From NCBI GenBank assembly GCA_963514005.1, contig OY740783.1, positions 46,376,001-46,440,000 on the forward strand: a stretch of DNA of 64,000 nucleotides, read 5' to 3'. The stretch is from Raja brachyura (lineage: Eukaryota). The translations under genes were made by a program, and so were the position numbers. The notes below the pieces were generated by a model. That model saw only the letters and a program-made list of their open reading frames with translations. It did not search any database and was not told the origin of the DNA. Below, one piece after another: positions 59,803-64,000 of this stretch. Within the stretch, counting starts at the first letter, position 1, and the number at the start of each line of letters is the position of its first letter.

Positions 59803-60854
59803 TATATGGCCAATCATAAATGTGTACATCACAGAAGATTGGCCACTCCATTGTGCCTGTGCCAGCTCTATGAAAGAGCCATTTTATTAATTTTGCTGCT
59901 CTTTGTTTTTTATCCCAGATTATTATTTTTTTCCCAATGAGTCCCAGGTCTCAAACAAAGAGATGATTTTGCCTCCCACGATGCCTACAGCAATTGAATA
60001 AAAACTTTTATCGTCAGGGGAGGTTGTCATATTTTTCAGCCATCCCTGAAGTTTTGGCATCACATGCAAATCAAAGTTAATATCAAAGCCAGAAGGAGGC
60101 CTCCACTGGGAGTACTTCAGTCTATTCCACTGCAATGTCGTTGATTCATCATTGCTGTGAGATTGTTGTCACATCTGACCAAGCAGAGTCTAATCTGGTA
60201 CTCTCTAGTCTGAATTGCTGAAGTTATGAACCACATCATCGATATAATATTAGGTATAAAGAACCTGTTTTTGTTCGTCTTTAAGTTTGAGTACTCTTAC
60301 TCCTGATTGTGGACTTAAACTCAACTCCTGAAATTTGCTCCACCCCAAACACCTGCCATTAACTCCATTCAAAGTAGAGATTAATGTGTTTCTGGATATT
60401 AAGGGAATCAAGAAATATGGGGACAATTCTAGAAAATGGAACTTAAATAGAAGATCCCCCATGATCATGATTAATGCCAGTAAAGGACTGAAGGATCACC
60501 CGACCTACTCCTACCCACATTATTATATTTTTACCAAAGTGACATGACTCAATGATTACCAAACGGTAGCACTCATGTCTATTGTGGTGAAGTACTTCGA
60601 GAGATTGGTTATGATGCATATGAATTCCTGCCTTAGTACATGCAAATTCCATGCAGACAATGCTGGTGGTCAGGATCAGGGTTCAAGATCTTTTATTGTC
60701 ACGTGCACCAATTAAGGTACAGTGATATTCGATTTACCATCAAACCCATATCAACTTTGCTCGCTGCATCACTGTGCTGTCATGATCCCTACAATACAAT
60801 AGCGGTTATATGTGAAATGTTTTAGAATATCCCAAGACATGAATGGGATCAGAC

Positions 60855-61487
60855 GGTACCCGGGTGTAGTGTCAAAGGACGCGAAGCTGAAATGAAGAAG
60901 TGGAAGCCAAATATCCGAATGGAAACGACGCTGAAAAGCCAAATAACCGAAAGGGCGGAATGCCTAAAAGCCAACTAACCGAAAGGCCAACTAACCGAAA
61001 CCGAAACCGACCCACAGCCCATCACAGTGTGGCCGCAAGTGGGAAAGTGTGGGGGCTGTCCCGAGTGATGCACTCCTTCGGCTGCTTACACCTTGGTGCT
61101 CGTGTTCAGAGCACCCAGTCACCCTCCGGCCCCGGGCGGTCTTGTGTGGGAAAATGACCCGACCCTCCCTTCTCCCCCGGCCAGTGATGTGATGGACGCG
61201 GGGGTCTGGACCAATCGTTGACAAGTCCCGCCCCCCCCCCCCCCCCCCCCCCGGCGACGCCATGTCCGTTATTTGGCTTTTCGGCGTTGCATCCGTTTGG
61301 TTAGTTGGCTTTTCGGCATTGCACCCTTTCGGTTAGTTGGCTTTTAGGAGTCCTTCCCTTTTGGTTATTTGGCTTTTCGGCATTGCGTCCGTTCGGTTAT
61401 TTGGCTTTTCGGCGTCGTTTCCATTCGGCTATTTGGCTTCCACTTCTTCACTTCGGCTTCTCATCCTTCAACGTCATGTCCGCACAC
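60855..61487. mobile_element. Foldback or Mutator-like non-autonomous element with long modular TIRs
   Basis: 60885-61005 pairs with about 61265-61460 (GCCGAAAAGCCAA.TAACCGAA subunits). A flanking 10-bp direct repeat GGGATCAGAC lies at 60845-60854 and 61488-61497. Confidence 0.65.
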
Positions 61488-63059
61488 GGGATCAGACAAG
61501 TGCAAGATCCTTTTTATTTCCTTGCAACTCTATTGGTGACTGGCGATGATACCAGCTAAATACAGAAAAACCCATTCCTTCTCTCCATTCCTTCCTTAAG
61601 CTTCTGTTTAATTTCTCACACTAAGCAACAACACGCATGTACACTGGAGGAAAATATAACATTCCACTCATTGAACACTGCATTTTTGGTAACATCCCGA
61701 ATAATTTAGGCTCTATTAGATCGCTTAACAAATTAATGAAATTGTGATAAATGTTTGGAATAAAGCTAAATGTTCTAAATATGCATATTCAATTTGATAG
61801 TTCACAAAGAATTTATGCAAATGTAACTTTTAACAATAACAATTCTAATAATGGCATGGTTGTCACTTGACGTGAAAACAATCTATCCTAAATGCGTATT
61901 AGGTATCGTTTAGAAAATACAAATTAAGTATAAAATGATATAGTATGAAATAATATGGTTTCATTTCAATAGACGGGGTGGAAGATTGCAACCTTCACGT
62001 GGTCCACCCTGTTTTGACTAATGAAATCAACTCGGCGTGCACAAACAGAAGATCAAATAGAACAAGTTGTCCTACAACTTTAGGCTGTGCACGCCACATG
62101 AAAGAAGAAGAAGCTCCAACTGTGTCAATTAAAGACCTATGGGATGATTTTCATGCTAAGTTCAATGGCTTTCCATCAAGTATGTTCAGGATTCAGTACA
62201 GCAGTGCAATTTGGGGTAAATAGCTTGGTGTCAACATGAAGAAAATGTCATGAATGAATTCAAATAGATTAAAGAGTGCAGTTTAGCCTGCAAAATGATT
62301 TAAGTTGGTAGTTATTTTCACTTTTTTAATTAAATTAGAGGAGATTGGATAATTTTAAAATCAAAATCAAATCAATAAAATAAATTAAAAACATTCTTGA
62401 TAGAGTTATATTTTTAACTGCACACACAGCTTGTAAGAACACTGGGTAACAGGGGAGCCAAACATAATGTGTTTTTGCCTTTTTTGCACTTTAGCCATGA
62501 TTGCACTTATTTTGTAGCCGCACAGCTCCCCAAATAGCCTCACCAGTGAGGCATTTATGCTGCAGGCTTGGGAAATGAAGGCCCCACTCATGGACCAAGG
62601 GGAGAAATTAATGTCTCGGAGGATTTCTCCATGATGATCAGACTCATTTTGAAGCTAGTTAAAAACGTAATTACAAATAAATGAATAAAATAAACATCGA
62701 TGTTCGCAAATTAATTTAAAATATTCATAACTAAAACAACCCATTGACCGTTTATCTTCACTCACCATTTGGATATGTAGCATGAGGTTCTGGGCTATAT
62801 ATAAAGTTCATTCTGAACGGGTCAGGCAGCACCTTTGGAGAAAAGGACCAGGTGATGTTTCAGGTCGAGACCCTTCTGCAGACTGAGAGTCAGGGGAGCA
62901 CTTTAGCACTTTATGTTTTATTTTTAATTTTCTGCTGTGTATCGTGTGGGTATCCCTGAGAGCAAAGCACCAAGGCAAATTCCTTGTATGTATACATACC
63001 TGGCTTATAAGATTTATTCTATTCCATTCTATTCTAAAAGTATTCTAATATTGAAGGAA

Positions 63060-63800
63060 AGTAAATGTAAGGCCTATTAAGCGCAAACATGGGAACTTAC
63101 ACATGGGTGCTGGAGGCATTTCTAAGCTACTAAGTGATACTTTGCACCTGTCTTCACCAGGAAGACGTTTCTAAAGGAAAAGTGAAAGACAGGATAGTTG
63201 GACACATTAAGAAATGAGAGATCAGAGGGATTAGAAAGGTTGAGCAAAATTAAAGTAGGTAAATAAGAAGGGCAGGATGGGATGCAAGCTGGAGGATGCA
63301 AGTCAGAGGACTGGAGAGTCACAACTGTTATTCCATTGGTCAACAAAGGGAATATGGATAATCACAGCAAATATAGGCCATTCATTTTAATGACGGTGTT
63401 GAGAGTGCTTTTAGAAACATTGACCCAGAACAGGATTAATAGTCGCCAGGAGACAAGTGGATTAGTTAAGGCAACCCAGCCCCGGTTGCTCATTTCAAAT
63501 CATGTTTAAATAATTTGATTGGAGGTTTTGAAAAGGTAGCAGTAGAATTAATAAGAATAACTCAGCCAATGTGAGTACATAGATGTCCAGAATGCTTTTA
63601 ATAAGATGGACACAACAGGCTTATGTGCACATTATTAAAAGCTGAACCAGGAGGGCTGACAGGAATATTGCAAGCATGGATGTGAAATTGCTTAAGTAAC
63701 AGAGAAAAAGATTTGTAGTGAATGACTGTTTTGACTAGTCGAACAGTGGTGCTCAGATATCAGGGTTGAACCCATTGCTTTTGTTGATAATATAAAATGT
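63060..63800 (+). mobile_element. Ancient CR1 ORF2 fragment
   Basis: EDWRVTTVIPLVNKG.....YRPFILMTV; YIDVQNAFNK; degenerate GVPQGS region at about 63747. Confidence 0.75.
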
Positions 63801-64000
63801 TGATAAGAGAATATTGGTCAATAAGCATTGTGCAAAGTAATCGGCTATCATGGTTGAACTTGGGGTGTTTCAAGTTATGAAGTGTGGGTGTGACACTTAG
63901 TGTTAAATAAGGCATGTGAACCAATGAATAGGAGGGCAAGCTCTTGATTGACAGAGATCAATGGATGTCTGGTACACTCAGCAGGGTGAGTTGCATTCAC

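Noticed and set aside
35819-64000. Upstream DTWD2 exon containing the DGTW motif
   Set aside because: Manual scanning found no minus-strand IDGTW-coding exon. It probably lies beyond the window, although I could have missed it.

Overview
Repeat-rich eukaryotic (vertebrate) genomic DNA. The repeat complement (CR1/HER1-type LINEs, HE1/V-SINE-type SINEs) suggests a cartilaginous fish such as a skate or ray; this is inference. The one confidently identified host gene is DTWD2 on the minus strand. Its last two coding exons are 35690-35818 and 32502-32663, so 35.8-64 kb is most likely intron. A second, unidentified plus-strand gene probably ends at the left edge (15-nt microexon 1041-1055 plus a hydrophobic, GPI-signal-like terminal exon 2709-2773). 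The most complete element is a full-length DIRS1-type tyrosine-recombinase retrotransposon (37709-42744, minus). It has ITRs, an internal complementary region (ICR), gag, an open RT-RNaseH-methyltransferase ORF, and a recombinase split by a CR1 tail. A related, scrambled DIRS relic lies at about 13.9-18.2 kb. Also present: many CR1 and Rex/L2-type LINE fragments, a Penelope GIY-YIG fragment, Penelope-type short repeats with hammerhead-ribozyme cores (including a 44-nt insert with a 14-bp TSD), a Tc1 element, PIF/Harbinger-type MITEs with TAA/TTA TSDs, two Helitron-like elements, a foldback element, a phased array of seven CCAAT boxes and a perfect 37-bp hairpin. Boundaries of old repeats are approximate, and family names come from motif recognition, not database searches.
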